Of a DNA stretch of 64,000 nt, positions 19,634 to 31,359 are shown in pieces. Source of the stretch: an uncultured Planctomycetaceae bacterium (GTDB taxonomy: Bacteria > Planctomycetota > Planctomycetia > Planctomycetales > Planctomycetaceae); assembly GCA_963813715.1 (NCBI GenBank), contig CAWFAK010000017.1:128001-192000 (forward strand), written 5' to 3'. Numbering within the stretch: position 1 is the first letter of the stretch; each line of letters opens with the position of its first letter. Both the position numbers and the translations under genes were made by a program. The notes under the pieces are model-generated. The model was not told where the DNA came from and made no database searches. It worked only from the letters and a program-made list of their open reading frames with translations.

Positions 19634-21994
19634 ATGACGGAGCCCCTCTCTCCCGAAAAACTGCGGAAGATCGACGCGTACTGGCGGGCCGCCAACTATC
19701 TTTCCGTCGGGCAGATTTACCTGCTCGACAACCCGCTGATGAAGGAGCCGTTGCAGCTCAAGCACGTGAAGGCGCGCTTGTTGGGCCACTGGGGCACGAC
19801 GCCGGGCCAGAACTTCGTCTACGTGCATGTGAATCGGATCATTCAGGAATACGACCTCGACATGATCTATATCTCGGGTCCCGGACACGGCGGGCCCGCG
19901 GTCGTCGCCAACACTTATCTCGAGGGAACGTACAGCGAACTTTATCCGGCCATCACGCAGGACGAAGGCGGCTTGCGACGGCTGTTCAAGCAGTTCTCCT
20001 TCCCCGGCGGCATTCCGAGCCATGCGGCGCCCGAAACGCCGGGCTCGATCCATGAAGGGGGCGAGCTCGGTTACAGCCTGAGTCACGCGTTCGGCGCCGC
20101 GTTCGACAATCCCGACCTGATCGTCGCCTGCGTCGTCGGCGACGGCGAGGCCGAGACCGGGCCGCTCGCCACCGGCTGGCACGGCAACAAGTTTCTCAAT
20201 CCGATCCACGACGGTGCCGTGCTGCCGATTTTGCATCTCAACGGATACAAAATCGCCAACCCGACGATCCTCGCGCGGATCGGACGCGAAGAACTCGAGC
20301 AACTGCTCCGCGGCTACGGCTACGAGCCCCACTTCGTCGAGGGGCATGATCCGGCCAAGATGCATCCGCTGATGGCCGAAACGCTCGACGCGTGCGTCGC
20401 CGATATCAAGCGAATCCAATCCGACGCGCGCAAATCCGGCAAGTTCACGCGGCCCCGCTGGCCGATGATCGTGCTGAACAGCCCCAAGGGATGGACGGGT
20501 CCGAAAGTCGTCGACGGACAAAAGGTCGAAGGAACCTATCGCGCGCACCAGGTGCCCCTCTCCGAACCCTCGAAGAATCCCGAACACCTGAAGATCCTCG
20601 AAAGCTGGATGCGCGGCTACAAGCCCGAAGAACTCTTCGACAAGAAGGGCACGCTGATTCCCGAGTTGGCCGCGCTCGCGCCGAAGGGCAATCGGCGGAT
20701 GGGGGCCAATCCGCATGCCAACGGCGGCATTCTGCTCCGCGATCTGCGTCTGCCCGACTTCCGCGCGTACGCCGTGGAAATCCCCAAGCCCGGATCGGTC
20801 AACGGTGAAGACACGCGGGTGCTGGGAAAATTCCTCGGCGACGTCATCAAACAGAACGCCGACCAGAGGAACTTCCGCGTCTTCGGTCCGGACGAAACGG
20901 CCTCCAATCGCCTGTTCGGTGTCTTGGACGCGACCAACAAGCAGTGGGAGGCCGAGGTCATCGAGAGCGACGATCACCTCGCCCCCGAAGGCCGCCTGAT
21001 CGAGGTGCTGAGCGAGCACCAGTGCGAGGGCTGGCTCGAAGGCTACCTGCTCACCGGCCGTCACGGCTTGTTCAACTGCTACGAGGCGTTCATTCACATC
21101 ATCGACTCGATGTTCAATCAGCACGCCAAGTGGCTCAAGGTGACGAAGGGAATCGAGTGGCGGCGGCAGATCGCCTCGCTCAATATCCTGCTTTCCTCGC
21201 ACGTCTGGCGGCAGGACCACAACGGCTTCACGCACCAGGACCCCGGCTTCATCGATCTCGTTCTCAATAAAAAGGCCGAGATCGTGCGGGTCTACCTGCC
21301 GCCCGACGCCAACTGCCTGCTTTCGGTGGCCGACCACTGCCTCCGCAGCCGGCATTACGTGAATGTTGTCGTGGCCGGCAAACATCCGGCTCCGCAATGG
21401 CTGAACATGGACCAGGCGGTCAAGCATTGCACCGCGGGCATCGGCCTGTGGGAATGGGCCAGTAACGACGCCGATTGCGAGCCGGACGTGATCATGGCGG
21501 CCGCCGGCGACGTGCCCACGCTCGAAATCCTGGCGGCGATTCAGCTGCTGCGGGAACATTTGCCCGAGCTGAAAATCCGCATGATTAATGTCGTCGACCT
21601 GATGCGACTGCAACCCGCCAGCGAGCATCCGCACGGCCTGGACGACAACGACTTCGACACACTCTTCACGAAGAACAAGCCGGTGATCTTCGCTTACCAC
21701 GGCTATCCGTGGCTGATTCACCGCCTCACGTATCGGCGGCACAACCACGATAACCTGCACGTCCGCGGCTACAAGGAAGAGGGAACGATCACCACGCCGT
21801 TCGACATGACGGTGCTCAACCAGATGGACCGCTTCAACCTGGTGATGGACGCCGTCGATCGTCTCCCGCAACTCGGCGGCAAGGCGGCCTACATCAAGCA
21901 GGCCTGCCGCGACAAATTGATCGAGCACAAAGAGTACATCCGGCAGTTCGGCGAAGACATGCCTGAAATTCGCAACTGGAAGTGGCACGTCTGA
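19634..21994 (+). CDS. xfp: Xylulose-5-phosphate/fructose-6-phosphate phosphoketolase
   Basis: [51 protein letters not shown] and [21 protein letters not shown]. Confidence 0.97.
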   Translation: MTEPLSPEKLRKIDAYWRAANYLSVGQIYLLDNPLMKEPLQLKHVKARLLGHWGTTPGQNFVYVHVNRIIQEYDLDMIYISGPGHGGPAVVANTYLEGTYSELYPAITQDEGGLRRLFKQFSFPGGIPSHAAPETPGSIHEGGELGYSLSHAFGAAFDNPDLIVACVVGDGEAETGPLATGWHGNKFLNPIHDGAVLPILHLNGYKIANPTILARIGREELEQLLRGYGYEPHFVEGHDPAKMHPLMAETLDACVADIKRIQSDARKSGKFTRPRWPMIVLNSPKGWTGPKVVDGQKVEGTYRAHQVPLSEPSKNPEHLKILESWMRGYKPEELFDKKGTLIPELAALAPKGNRRMGANPHANGGILLRDLRLPDFRAYAVEIPKPGSVNGEDTRVLGKFLGDVIKQNADQRNFRVFGPDETASNRLFGVLDATNKQWEAEVIESDDHLAPEGRLIEVLSEHQCEGWLEGYLLTGRHGLFNCYEAFIHIIDSMFNQHAKWLKVTKGIEWRRQIASLNILLSSHVWRQDHNGFTHQDPGFIDLVLNKKAEIVRVYLPPDANCLLSVADHCLRSRHYVNVVVAGKHPAPQWLNMDQAVKHCTAGIGLWEWASNDADCEPDVIMAAAGDVPTLEILAAIQLLREHLPELKIRMINVVDLMRLQPASEHPHGLDDNDFDTLFTKNKPVIFAYHGYPWLIHRLTYRRHNHDNLHVRGYKEEGTITTPFDMTVLNQMDRFNLVMDAVDRLPQLGGKAAYIKQACRDKLIEHKEYIRQFGEDMPEIRNWKWHV

Positions 21995-22020
21995 CGCCGC
22001 GCCCCGTCGAGGAGTTCTTG

Positions 22021-24606
22021 ATGCCTCGCAAATCTGACACTCCCGCCGTACCTCCGGCTTCGGCTGCGCCCTCGGCCGCGTAGCTCCGCCCCCCCGTCGA
22101 CGGTCAGCCGGCCGCGGCTCCGACGCGGCGAATCGCCCAAGCTCTGGAGCAGTACGAGTGCGGGCCCGTTCGCTTCTCCGGCGACGAGAATGCCTCGTAC
22201 GAGCGGCACCTGGTCTACGATAACGTCGTCGATCCCGAGGACGCCGAGCCGCGGCAAAAATTCGAGGCGGTGGCCCGTTCGCTGCGCGACCTGTTGTCGC
22301 AGCGATGGATCAAAACGTCCGACACGTACGATCGGGCGAACCCCAAGCGCGTCTATTACCTGTCGATGGAGTTCTTGATCGGCCGCTCGCTCACCAACAA
22401 CATTCACAACTTGCTGGTCGAGCCGATCGCACAGGAGGCGATGAAGCGGGAGAAACTGGACCTGATGGAGCTGGCCGAAAGCGAGCCCGACGCCGGCTTG
22501 GGCAACGGCGGCCTGGGTCGCCTCGCCGCGTGCTATCTCGATTCCATGGCGACGCTGCAGCTGCCGGCAATCGGCTACGGTCTGCGTTACGAGTACGGCA
22601 TCTTTCGCCAGGAAATTCGCGACGGCTTTCAGGTCGAGAGCCCCGACAACTGGCTGCGTCAGCCCGATCCGTGGGAGGTCCCCCGCCCCTCCGAGCAGGT
22701 GGAAGTCTGGTCGAACGCCCGGCTCCGCATTCAAAACGGCGTCGCGAAGATCGTCGGCGACGCGCCGCATTCGCTCTTTGCCATTCCCTACGATCGCCCG
22801 GTCGTCGGCTACGGCGGCAAGACGATCAACACTCTCCGCTTGTGGCAAGCCGTCCACCCCGACTACTTCGACCTTCGCGAGTTCGATCGAGGCGACTTCT
22901 TCGCCGCCGTGCACGACAAGGTGGCGGCCGAGAACCTCACCCGCGTCCTCTATCCGGACGATTCCACCTCCGCCGGCCGACGCCTGCGGTTCGCTCAGGA
23001 GTATTTTCTCGTCGCGGCGTCGCTGGCCGACATCATCCGCCGCTTCCGCCGCTTCAACAGCGACTGGCATGCCCTGCCCGACAAAGTGGCGATCCAGCTC
23101 AACGACACGCACCCGTCGCTGGCCGTCGCCGAACTGATGCGAATCCTCCTCGACGTCGCCCGCCTGGGTTGGGACGAGTCGTGGGATCTCACCGTGCGGA
23201 CCCTCGCCTACACCAATCACACGCTCTTGCCCGAGGCGCTCGAAAAGTGGCCCGTCGAGGTGTTCGAGCTGATCGTGCCGCGGCATCTGGAGATCGTCTA
23301 CGAGATCAATCGGCGATTCCTCGACGATGTCGCCGCTCAGCACCCCAACGACGACGATCGCGTCCGCCGCATGAGCCTGATCGAAGAAACGCCCGTCCGG
23401 CAGGTCCGCATGGCCCACCTGGCGATCCTCGGCAGCCACAGCACGAACGGCGTCGCGGCGCTCCACTCGGAACTTCTGCGCACGCACACTGTCCGCGACT
23501 TCGCCGAGATGTTCCCCGAGCGGTTCAACAACAAGACCAACGGCGTCACGCCCCGCCGTTGGCTCGAGCTGGCCAACCCGGCGCTCGCCGCCGTGATTAA
23601 AGAGGCGATCGGCGATGGCTGGGTCGGCGACCTCTCGCAGCTCACCAAGCTCGCGCCGCTGGGCAATGACAAGGCGTTTCGCGACCGAGTCCGGCAGGCC
23701 AAGCGAACGGCGAAAGCCAACTTCGCCAAGTGGCTGCAAACTTCGACGGGCCAGGTCGTCGATCCCGACACGATCTTCGACAGCCAGATCAAGCGGATTC
23801 ACGAGTACAAGCGGCAGCTGCTGAACGCGCTGCACGTGATCGTGCTCTACAACCGCCTTCGCCACGATCCCAAGTTCGATCCGCCGCCGCGGACCGTGTT
23901 TTTCGCCGGCAAGGCGGCACCCGCCTACGCGCTGGCCAAGCTGATCATCAAGTTCATCAACAACGTGGCCGCGACGATCGACGGCGACCCGGCCGCCCGC
24001 GGCAAACTTCGCGTCGTCTTCATTCCCGATTACAACGTCAGCATTGCCGAGCGGCTGATCCCCGCCAGCGACATCTCCGAACAAATCTCGACGGCCGGCT
24101 ACGAGGCCAGCGGCACCAGCAACATGAAATTCATGATGAACGGTGCGCTCACCGTCGGCACCCGCGACGGCGCCACGATCGAAATGGCCCAGGCGGCCGG
24201 CGAGGACAACTTCTTCCTCTTCGGACTGACGGCCGAAGAGGTCGCCGCGCGGCGGGGCCACTACGATCCGCACTGGCACTACGACAACGAGCCCGAGACG
24301 CGAGAGGCCCTCGACCTGATTTCTTCCGATCACTTCAGCCGCTACGAGCCGGGAATCTTCGCCCCCATCCACGAAACGCTGCTGGAGCACGGCGACTTTT
24401 ACATGCACCTGGCCGACCTCACCGCCTACGTGAAGACGCAGACGGCGGCCGGTGCCCTGTATGCCGACGCGGACGCCTGGTTCCGCAAAGTTGTGGCCAA
24501 CATCGCCAACTCGGGCCGCTTCTCCAGCGACCGGGCCATTCAAGAATACGCCGCGGAAATCTGGCACGCACACCCCTGCGCGGTGCCGGCCGCTCCGCCG
24601 TCATAA
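22021..24606 (+). CDS. glgP: Glycogen/starch (alpha-glucan) phosphorylase
   Basis: GLGNGGLGRLAAC, QLNDTHP, KRIHEYKRQLLN and the PLP-lysine motif EASGTSNMKF. ATG 22021 has a GAGGAG RBS and is in frame, but there is a TAG at 22081, so the start is uncertain. Confidence 0.93.
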
Positions 24607-24658
24607 GAGCGAGTCTGTCGCCAGCGGACCCGTGACGCACCTTTAAGAAGGACACATC

Positions 24659-25186
24659 ATGAGACGGTTGACTGCCTTGCTGGCTCTCGTGGGGCTGATT
24701 TCCGGCGTGGTTGCCTGGATGACGCCGGCGTCGGGACTGGCCGAGGGGGAGGCCGCCCCGATTTTCGTAGACAAGGTCCCCGAAGGATATCGCGACTGGA
24801 AGTTGATTTCTGTCGCCCACGAAGAAGGGAATCTTCACAGTTTCGCCGCCGTGTTGGGTAACGACGTCGCGCTCAAGGCAGCTCGCGAGGGGACGCTGCC
24901 GTATCCCGATGGCGCGATCGTTGCTGCCTTGCACTGGCATCACGTTCCGTCAGAGGAAAACAACAAGATCTTTGGACGTTCCCAATCGTTCGTTGCCGGC
25001 GCTCCCACGAGCGTTCAGTTCATGGTCAAGGACTCGAAAAAGTACGCCGCGACGGGAGGCTGGGGTTTCGGTCATTTCAATGGCCGCGAGGAGAAACCTG
25101 CCGCAGTGGCGCTGCTTCAAACGTGCTTTCCTTGCCATCAGAAGATCAAATCTCGCGACTTGGTCTTCACCCGGTACGCGCCTTGA
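24659..25186 (+). CDS. Cytochrome P460/c'-beta family periplasmic protein
   Basis: Signal peptide, [32 protein letters not shown] and C-terminal heme motif CFPCH. Confidence 0.88.
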   Translation: MRRLTALLALVGLISGVVAWMTPASGLAEGEAAPIFVDKVPEGYRDWKLISVAHEEGNLHSFAAVLGNDVALKAAREGTLPYPDGAIVAALHWHHVPSEENNKIFGRSQSFVAGAPTSVQFMVKDSKKYAATGGWGFGHFNGREEKPAAVALLQTCFPCHQKIKSRDLVFTRYAP

Positions 25187-25206
25187 CGGCTGCGTCAGGA
25201 GGACAC

Positions 25207-26847
25207 GTGTCTCTTTCGCCTCTGGCCGGCAAAGCGGCCCCGCAAAGCTTGCTCATCGACGTCGCCGCGCTCGAGCGCGAATACGCCACTCGCACTCCCG
25301 ATCTCGCCGACCCGAATCAAAAGGTGAGCTTCGGCACGAGCGGCCACCGCGGCACGCCGCGCAACGGCTCTTTCACCGACGCGCACATCGCCGCCATCAC
25401 GCAAGCCATTTGCGAATACCGCCACGAGCAGAAGATCGACGGCCCCGTTTACATGGGGAAGGACACGCACGCCCTCTCCGGCCCCGCCCAGCGCACGGCG
25501 CTCGAAGTGCTGGCCGCGAACGACGTCGAGACGATCATCCAGCGCGACGACGGCGTCACGCCGACCCCCGTCATCTCGCGGGCGATCATTGTCTACAACC
25601 GCGGCAGGAAAGAGCGCCTGGCCGACGGCATCATCATCACCCCCTCGCACAATCCGCCTGAGGACGGCGGCTTTAAGTACAACCCGCCCAACGGCGGCCC
25701 GGCCGACACCGACGTCACCAGCTGGATCGAGAACCGCGCCAACGCCCTCTTGCGTGAGAGAAACGCGGGCGTCAAACGCGTTCCGTTTTCCTCCGCGATC
25801 AAAGCCGCCACGACGCATCAGGAAGATTTTTGCCTCCCGTACGTGCAGGATCTCAAGAACGTCGTCGACATGGCGGCGATCAAGAGCGCCGGCCTGAAGC
25901 TGGGCGTCGATCCGCTCGGCGGCGCGGCCGTCCATTACTGGGGACCGATCTGCGAAATCTACGGCCTCGACGTCACCGTCACGAACCCGGCCGTCGATCC
26001 GACGTTCTCCTTCATGACGGTCGACCACGACGGCAAGATCCGGATGGATTGCTCCAGCCCTTACGCAATGGCCCGGCTCGTCGGCCTCAAGGACAAATTC
26101 CGCGTCGCTTTTGCCAACGACCCCGATTCCGATCGCCACGGCATCGTCAGCCCGTCGGTCGGCCTGCTCAATCCGAACCACTTCCTGGCGGTCGCCATCG
26201 ACTACCTGCTCGCGCATCGCCCCAATTGGCCACAGGCCGCGGCCGTCGGCAAAACGCTCGTCAGCAGCAGCCTGATCGATCGCGTCGTCGCTCGACAGCA
26301 GCGCCGCCTCAACGAAGTCCCCGTCGGCTTTAAATGGTTCGCCCCGGGACTTTTCGACGGCACCTGCTGCTTCGGCGGCGAGGAGAGCGCCGGCGCGAGC
26401 TTTCTGCGGCTCGACGGCACGGTCTGGACCACCGACAAGGACGGCCCGATCATGGATCTCCTGGCGGCCGAGATCACCGCCGTCACCGGCAAAGACCCCG
26501 GCGAACACGTGACGCGGCTCACAGCCGAGTTCGGCACCCCCTACTACACCCGCATCGACGCCCCGGCCACGCCCGAGCAAAAGGCAAAACTCAAGAACCT
26601 CTCGCCCGAAGCAGTTCGCACCGAGACGCTGGCCGGCGAACCGATCGTCGCTCGCCTGACGCGGGCGCCTGGCAACAACGCGCCGATCGGCGGCCTCAAG
26701 GTCACCACCAAAACCGGCTGGTTCGCCGCCCGCCCCTCCGGCACCGAAAACGTCTACAAGATCTACGCCGAAAGTTTCACGAGCCAGAGCAGGCTCGACC
26801 AGATCGTCGCCGAAGCCCAACAAATCGTGAACGCCGCCCTCGCGTGA
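25207..26847 (+). CDS. pgm: Phosphoglucomutase (alpha-D-glucose-1,6-bisphosphate-dependent)
   Basis: GTG at 25207 after [34 protein letters not shown] and RPSGTE. Confidence 0.96.
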   Translation: MSLSPLAGKAAPQSLLIDVAALEREYATRTPDLADPNQKVSFGTSGHRGTPRNGSFTDAHIAAITQAICEYRHEQKIDGPVYMGKDTHALSGPAQRTALEVLAANDVETIIQRDDGVTPTPVISRAIIVYNRGRKERLADGIIITPSHNPPEDGGFKYNPPNGGPADTDVTSWIENRANALLRERNAGVKRVPFSSAIKAATTHQEDFCLPYVQDLKNVVDMAAIKSAGLKLGVDPLGGAAVHYWGPICEIYGLDVTVTNPAVDPTFSFMTVDHDGKIRMDCSSPYAMARLVGLKDKFRVAFANDPDSDRHGIVSPSVGLLNPNHFLAVAIDYLLAHRPNWPQAAAVGKTLVSSSLIDRVVARQQRRLNEVPVGFKWFAPGLFDGTCCFGGEESAGASFLRLDGTVWTTDKDGPIMDLLAAEITAVTGKDPGEHVTRLTAEFGTPYYTRIDAPATPEQKAKLKNLSPEAVRTETLAGEPIVARLTRAPGNNAPIGGLKVTTKTGWFAARPSGTENVYKIYAESFTSQSRLDQIVAEAQQIVNAALA

Positions 26848-26912
26848 CCGCTCCGCGGTTTGGCATTTTGAACATATAGCCGGCTCCAATCGCACCTTCC
26901 GCGAGACGCCGA

Positions 26913-27576
26913 ATGGCACGAGAAAAAGTCGTCTTCCTCGTCGACATCGACAACACGCTCCTGGACAACGACCGCATCCAGGCCGACCTCAAGGAGCACA
27001 TCGAACGCGAATTCGGCCCCGGCCCGCGCGACCGCTATTGGGCGATTCTGGAACGCCTGTTCGACACGCTCGGCTACCGCGACTACCTGGGCGCCCTGCA
27101 GCAATACCGCGTCGAAAACCCGCACGAAGTGAAGCTCTTGGCCCTGTCGTTCTGGCTGGTCGACTACCCGTTCGCCAAAGTTCTCTACCCCGGAGCGCTC
27201 GAAGTCCTGACAGCGCCTCAAGTCCCACGCACCGACGGTGATACTCTCCGACGGCGACGTCGTCTTCCAGCCCCGCAAAGCCCAGCAAGCGGGCATCTGG
27301 GCCACCGTCGACGGCCACGTGCTGATCTACATCCACAAGGAACAAGAGCTGGAAGACGTCGAACGCCGCTACCCGGCCGACCACTACGTCCTGATCGACG
27401 ACAAGCCGCGGATCCTCACCGCCGTCAAAAAAATCTGGGGCCCCCGCGTGACCACCGTCTTCCCCAAGCAGGGAATGTACGCCCACGATGCCGAGGCGCT
27501 CGCCGCCAATCCGTCGCCCGATGTCACGATCGACCACCTCGGCGACCTACTCTCGCTCAATCTGGCGAGGCTGTGA
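26913..27576 (+). CDS. HAD-superfamily hydrolase (frameshift near 27220)
   Basis: Motif I FLVDIDNTLLD. Second piece has ILSDGDVVFQPRK and YVLIDDKPRIL. Confidence 0.85.
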
Positions 27577-27620
27577 GGCCGGCGACAATCTCTGCCCGAC
27601 CGAGCGCGCGAGCGGCGAGA

Positions 27621-28775
27621 TCAGATTCCCGTCGAAGTGCCGGCCGGGGCCTTCGTCGGCGCGGGGCCGTGGGACGGCGTGGAGGAGGGAGGTTGAGGCT
27701 TGCAAGCCGCTTCAAACTTCTCCAGCGACCGCTGCAATATCGACCCCAGCCCTCGTTGAAACGGGGCATTCTCTTGTGTCTGCTCCAGGGCCTCCTTTTC
27801 GAGCGTCACGGCTTCCTGGGGATTGCCGGTTTGGAAATGCGCTTCTGCCGCCGTGTCCAGAAACTCAGCCGAGCGACGCAGTGTGATGGCGTGTGTCGCC
27901 AATTCGAAGCCACGCTGGGGATTGTGGACGGCAGGGTCCTTCGTCGTCAGATAGAGCCACGCCAAATTGTTCAGCGTCAGCGCATCCTCCGGCTGATACG
28001 CCAGAAGCAGTTCGTAGGCCAGGCTGGCTTTTTGATCGTTCTGCAAGCGCGCTTCCGACACAGCCCAATTGCGGAGGAGTGCCTCTTTCGGCGGTTGACT
28101 TTCTACGACTCTGGGCTTCTCCCGCGCCGCTTGCTCGGGGCTGACGTCCTTGCGCGGGGGGCTGACGTCCTTGCCATTACGCTGGACGAACTTCTCGACC
28201 GGGCTGTAAGACGCGTAACCGGCAAAGAAGAGCGCAACTGCGGCAAAAATCTCGAGAGTCAGGCGGCGTCCGCGGCGCGAGTTCGAGTCGGCTGGCTGGA
28301 CAGCCACCGACAGAAACGGCCCCTCGTCCGCAAATTCGTTCGCCAACGGTTCCGCATCCCAGAGCCCATCCGCCGCGGCAAGAGGCGGTGCCTCCCACGC
28401 CGGGTCGGCGGCGATCGGCACCTTCGTGATCGTCGAGCGAGCCACGTTCTCCGAGATGGTCCGCAGGTCGCGCTGGACCTGCTCGGACAATTCGAGCCGC
28501 GCCTCGACTGGCATCGCAGCCAGCCGGCTGGTCACGTCTTCCAGCCGCACAATCGTCTCGCGGACGCCCACGTCCTCGCTATTCGGATCGCCATAACGGG
28601 CGGCGTAAAATCCAATGCTCAACTGCTCGGCGGTTGCGGCGTCGATGACCCCTCGAGCCACGAGGACCGTCACGTACTCGCTGAAGAGCACGTTCGCGGG
28701 ACGGCCCAGACCGAAGGCCGCCAATTCCGAAAGACGCATTTCCAGTGCGTTCGACGCTCCAACACTTGCTGCCAT
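27621..28775 (-). CDS. Membrane-anchored protein: DUF4129-like N-terminus, one TM helix, C-terminal TPR repeats (start may be 28739)
   Basis: GLGRPANVLFSEY...FYAARYG resembles DUF4129. TM IFAAVALFFAGYA. TPR motifs LNNLAWLYLT and FLDTAAEAHFQTG. Confidence 0.7.
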   Translation of the reverse strand: MAASVGASNALEMRLSELAAFGLGRPANVLFSEYVTVLVARGVIDAATAEQLSIGFYAARYGDPNSEDVGVRETIVRLEDVTSRLAAMPVEARLELSEQVQRDLRTISENVARSTITKVPIAADPAWEAPPLAAADGLWDAEPLANEFADEGPFLSVAVQPADSNSRRGRRLTLEIFAAVALFFAGYASYSPVEKFVQRNGKDVSPPRKDVSPEQAAREKPRVVESQPPKEALLRNWAVSEARLQNDQKASLAYELLLAYQPEDALTLNNLAWLYLTTKDPAVHNPQRGFELATHAITLRRSAEFLDTAAEAHFQTGNPQEAVTLEKEALEQTQENAPFQRGLGSILQRSLEKFEAACKPQPPSSTPSHGPAPTKAPAGTSTGI

Positions 28776-29323
28776 GCACGCGACTCCCGATTGTGCGGTC
28801 GAAATCGTGTTGCGCTGGTTTTAGCTTCGCGGCCGAAAAAAATCGACCACCAGAGGGTCAAGCGCGTTGCCGAAGCCCAGACAAATATTTTGCCATCTCC
28901 CGGGTCGTAAACCACGCCAAGGGCTCAATGTTTTGCGTTTCTGCGGCACTTTCTGAGCTGTCCTGTGAGTCTGCTCACAATTTCGCAGCGCTGGGGCTTC
29001 GCTGCGCACTTAAGGAAATCTGGATTCAGCGTCATCCGGCAGAGCGACCCGAGTGTCCCGCACCGGCTTGAAATGCCCAGCGCGTCTTGCGATGCTGCCG
29101 GCGCTACTCTCGAAGCAATCCAGCAGGAACGCTCGTGCGAGAACTGAATCAACTGCGAATGCCGTCGTCGATCAGGCTGGGGGAGGACGCCTGAGCCAGC
29201 CGCAAGAGGCGGCCGACGGCGAGAATCTCGTTCGCTCTTGAACCTCTTGTCGCGGCGCGAGACAGAGCGAAAGATCGACGCCCGAAACGTGGCAACGGCG
29301 CTGGGCGGCGGAGATTTTGATCG

Positions 29324-29743
29324 ATGGATGTTCCTGCACGGCACCTGTTGTTGCATGCGGTGATCGTCTACCTCGTCGGCCTCCTCGCGGGGTTCCCGTA
29401 CGGTGCCGCGATCAATCGCGGCGACTCTGAGGAGCGGATCCGAGCGTGGCGACTGGCGCATGGGAGCCTGGTCGTTGGGGCGACAATGATGGTCGCGATC
29501 GCCGCCGTTCTTTCGCAGCTCAGCGTCGGGTCTCTCGCCCGCTGGTTGATCGCCGGTTCCTCGATCGCATCAGGCTATGGATTCGCCCTCGCCCTGCCAG
29601 TCGCCGCCTGGGTAGGCCAGCGTGGTCTTACGGCCTCCGGGCCGCTGTCGAACCGATTCGTCTTCGCGGGCAACAGCCTGGGAGTCTTGGCCTCCTTGCT
29701 CAGTGCCGTCGTTTTGCTCTATGCGTGCTGGATGTCCCTCTGA
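29324..29743 (+). CDS. Four-TM membrane protein, styrene-oxide-isomerase (StyC)-like
   Basis: Four hydrophobic segments. LLLHAVI, AWRLAHGS and QRGL resemble StyC (WARAHSG, NRGL) as recalled. Confidence 0.6.
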   Translation: MDVPARHLLLHAVIVYLVGLLAGFPYGAAINRGDSEERIRAWRLAHGSLVVGATMMVAIAAVLSQLSVGSLARWLIAGSSIASGYGFALALPVAAWVGQRGLTASGPLSNRFVFAGNSLGVLASLLSAVVLLYACWMSL

Positions 29744-29780
29744 CATCGAGGACCAGTCGAGCCTGCTGCGCCGCTCGCGC

Positions 29781-30580
29781 TTAAACCGTCGCCAGCTCGT
29801 GCGCCCCGGCGCCGCCGGAATATGCTGACGCAGCGCTTCCTCCAATTGCTCCCGCGCGCTTTCCGACAGCGACGGCAGGTCGTACGACATGCGCTGGGCA
29901 ACCGGCGTATTCGGGTACCGCACGTTCAAGTGCAGCGTCGACCCATTGTCGCGATCGCTGATGTGAAACCGCTCGATCTGGTCCCAGACGTAAATCCGCA
30001 TGGTGCGCAGCCGTGAATTTGGCTCGCGCACGTCACTCTTCGTCACCCAGGGACGCGTCGGATCGGTGAGGCGGAACAGTCCCTCGCCGGCGATCAGCAG
30101 ACGCCACGTCGAGTTCTTAAAGCCCACCCATTTCAAGGCGACGTATCCCAGCAACTCGAGAAAATGCCGGCTGATCTGCCAGACCGCCGCCGCTCTCGTG
30201 CCCGGCTCGGTATCGTCGAGGGTCGCGTAGGCGTAGGCACCGAACCCAATCAGAAGCACGCCACCCGCAAACTGGTACACCCTGCGGGTCCACCGGGGTG
30301 AAATGCTGCCGCTGTAACCGCACCCCACCAGCACCATGTCGATCGGCCCAATCTCGGACAGCCGCCACAGCCGAGTGCGAACGTGACCCAAGTGGACCAG
30401 GCCCGCCGCGCCTGCGCTGAGCGGCAAGGCGGCGAGTGCTCCCCACCACCCGAAAAACTCGGCCAAGATCGCTGCAACGAACAGGCTCAGCAGGAGCCAC
30501 ACCGCCCAATCGGCCGGATGTTCGTCAACGGCGGCAGTAGATTGCGGCGTCGCCATTTCGCGGCTCGTGCTCGTTCCCAT
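29781..30580 (-). CDS. Hypothetical multi-TM membrane protein
   Basis: About four TM segments followed by a soluble PH-like tail (IYVWDQIERF). The listed ORF runs to 29570 and overlaps the opposite gene; a frameshift would give ...HELATV-stop at 29781. Confidence 0.6.
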
Positions 30581-30763
30581 TCGTCAGACGCGTCGTTGAT
30601 TATAGCCAGCAGAGCGAGTGTCCTATCAAATCGAAGACATGCCCACGCGGAGCCGTGAGACTGTCGGGGATTCAGAGGGACGATTTTGCCCTCGTTCCCG
30701 AGCGGAGAACTATGGCACCCCGCTCTTAGTCTTGAGGCCCAACGGGCTGAGATCTTCTTTCCT

Positions 30764-30983
30764 GAGCCCCAGCGGGGCGACAGAGAATCGCCCAGGGTTA
30801 ACCCTGGGATCCTGGACGGCGGATTCCGTCCTGCGAGGGGCGGCAGTCTGTTAGCCCGACTCTCGCTGGCTCGTGGGAAAAAACTCTGTCGCCCCTGCCG
30901 GGGCTCGAAGATCTTTTGCAGGAAGGCTCGTGTTACCCAGGGTTGAAAACCCTGGGCTATTCTCTGTCGCCCCTTGGCGGGGC
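30764..30983. repeat. REP/REPIN-like palindromic repeat cluster
   Basis: GAGCCCCAGCGGGGCGACAGAGAATCGCCCAGGGTTAACCCTGGG (30764-30808), an inverted copy at 30936-30983 and a partial copy at 30884-30906. Confidence 0.8.
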
Positions 30984-31150
30984 GTAGATTCAGAATCGAT
31001 ACGCCAGCCCAGTCGCTGCCGACGCCGCGGGCGTCAGATCCTGGATTCCGCGGAAACTGATCTTGGACGAATCTCATTTTTGTGGCTGAATGGAGAGAGC
31101 GGATCTCGACGCGAGCGGTTTTGTGCGCGCGGATGGCGCCCGCTGGGACG

Positions 31151-31185
31151 AAAAAGGATCCCCGACGGGGTGGGGATCCTTTTTT
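31151..31185. terminator. Bidirectional intrinsic terminator-like hairpin
   Basis: AAAAAGGATCCCC-GACGGGGT-GGGGATCCTTTTTT: a perfect 13-bp stem including the A/T tails. Confidence 0.7.
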
Positions 31186-31359
31186 CACACACATGGAGAA
31201 AAAGATCCCCGTCAGCGTCGGCGAGCCGAGCGGACCGGTCGAAATCCGGTCCGGACACTTTCGCCGACAGGGGCTAAGTACTTTCACGGGGGGTTGGGTC
31301 ACAATTGTTTTCTCTGTAGATGACACACGAGATTCGTGACCCACCGCCGATCGCACGTC

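Noticed and set aside
19574..26919. Long minus-strand ORFs (804, 894 and 574 aa)
   Set aside because: Antisense shadows of xfp, glgP and pgm, typical of high-GC codon usage, with no recognisable motifs.
26913..28910. 665-aa plus-strand ORF as a HAD fusion protein
   Set aside because: Only the first about 100 aa are HAD. After the frameshift it reads out of frame and then antisense to the TPR gene.
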